This document shows, one piece after another, positions 62,811-64,000 of a stretch of 64,000 nt of DNA. Origin of the DNA: Cenococcum geophilum. Its lineage: Eukaryota. The translations under genes were made by a program, and so were the position numbers. Under the pieces are notes generated by a model. It was not told where the DNA came from. It searched no databases and was given only the letters and a program-made list of their open reading frames with translations. Where the stretch lies: contig CP158636.1 in assembly GCA_050273025.1 (NCBI GenBank), positions 1,240,001 through 1,304,000 of the forward strand, read 5' to 3'. Numbering within the stretch: the first letter of the stretch is position 1; every line of letters starts with the position of its first letter.

Positions 62811-64000
62811 TATTTACTACTAAGATTATAGTATTAATAAAGTTAAATAACATGCCACTAAAAGCAGCTACTATAACGCTATTGACGGCGGTAACTACTT
62901 TAAGATTAGGTAACAATACTAGTATAGTAGATACTAACTTATAGCAACCTATAACAGTTGGATAGCTATAAGAGATAGTTAACTAGCTAATAGAAAATAA
63001 TACAATGTTAGAAAATAGGATTAATGGGATAGGAGCAGTAAAAATTAAGCTACTATTAATTAAGAGGTATTTAGGAGAAAGATTAAAACTTAAAGAATTT
63101 CTTATATAAATGCACTTTAAGGTTACGTAAGAAGAAGTAAAGCTGCTAATACCTATAGATTAAATAGCATATGCGGGACTATTCCTATTAGGGAGGGTAC
63201 TTAAGTAGTTTAAGCCTTACCTTATAGAAATATAAGTAAATAGGATAATAACTACTAATTAAAAGGTGCGGTTTATATTTATAAGCTAAAAAGGGTTTAT
63301 AGAGCGACTTATATAAATATTTAGAGACCTAGAGGCAGTAACTATAACGGAAAGAAAACTCTAAGATATTATATAATAAACCTTAGTAATTAAGTATATA
63401 ACGCAGTTTTAGACGTTAGTAATATAAATAGAGTGGAATAATAAGGCGCTTATAGCATAGCATAAGTAAGGACTTAAGGCTAAAGTCTAGGATGTAATTA
63501 TTCTAATAGAAGATGCGGAAACCCTAAGGGAACTAATAGATTAAGTAATTAAGATTAATAATTGGATCTACTAAAGGAAATAGGCTAAGAGAGGCTAAGA
63601 TAGAGTTCTATAGTTATATAAGGCGTAAAGCACGCAACGACTAAAGCTAAATTAAAAACTATAGTATAGCGCAGAGCTAATAGACCTAAGTAGTACTAAA
63701 GAATTTAAAAAATAAAATAAGAAATTATAAAAACCTAGAAAATAAGGATTAAGTAATTAAAGGTCTAAAGAGCAAAGGCTAAACTGGGGATCTTAGCAAT
63801 AGAAGACGTTTAGGCAGACTTTATAGTAAGAAAAATAGTTTAAAAAAGGAGCTTATATAAATTACGAAAAATAAAGTTATTATATTAAAGACTATAAAAG
63901 TAGTTAGAGTTACTATATAGTAAAAGGAATAAGACTAATAGACAATATATATGTATAGAGGGATAATAATATACTATAAGGAACAAAAGAATATTTAATT
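62390..64000 (+). mobile_element. RIP-degenerate gypsy element E7 (E4/E6 family): 5' LTR and gag, running off the window
   Basis: 62390-62810 is the reverse complement of an E4/E6-type LTR; gag ATG at 62852 (MPLKAAT...); downstream sequence matches the reverse complement of E1/E4/E6 gag, including the Zn-knuckle relic ~63850-63900. Confidence 0.9.

Overview
Eukaryotic (filamentous ascomycete, Pezizomycotina-like) genomic window with three compartments. (1) 1-~29970 is an AT-rich block of transposons degenerated by repeat-induced point mutation (RIP). It holds six Ty3/gypsy LTR retrotransposons, all on the minus strand and nested up to several levels deep; three are complete, with paired LTRs and 5-bp target-site duplications (TSDs). 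It also holds a solo-LTR-like insert, and the whole nest appears to sit inside one pogo/Fot1-type DNA transposon. (2) ~30000-58700 is a GC-balanced, intron-containing gene island: a fungal NLR (HeLo-like/SesA-type N-terminus, NACHT, ~17 near-identical ankyrin repeats), a MITE, a C2H2 zinc-finger gene, an F-box-like pseudogene, a fungal AAA+ ATPase, NST1, RHO2, mitochondrial ribosomal protein mL40/MRPL28, PCM1/AGM1 and an OSCA/TMEM63 (DUF221) channel. (3) ~60590-64000 is a RIP-degenerate piggyBac-like element interrupted by another gypsy element. Highlights: a relic antisense Zn(II)2Cys6-like + coiled-coil gene in the 3' region of two chromovirus copies; an NLR whose repeat array abuts the RIP block, carries RIP-type changes but no internal stops, and ends at a frameshifted extra repeat; module swapping among related LTRs; and a 6-nt microexon in RHO2. 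All calls come from manual reading and motif recognition; no database searches were run, and RIP-reversed translations are inferences.
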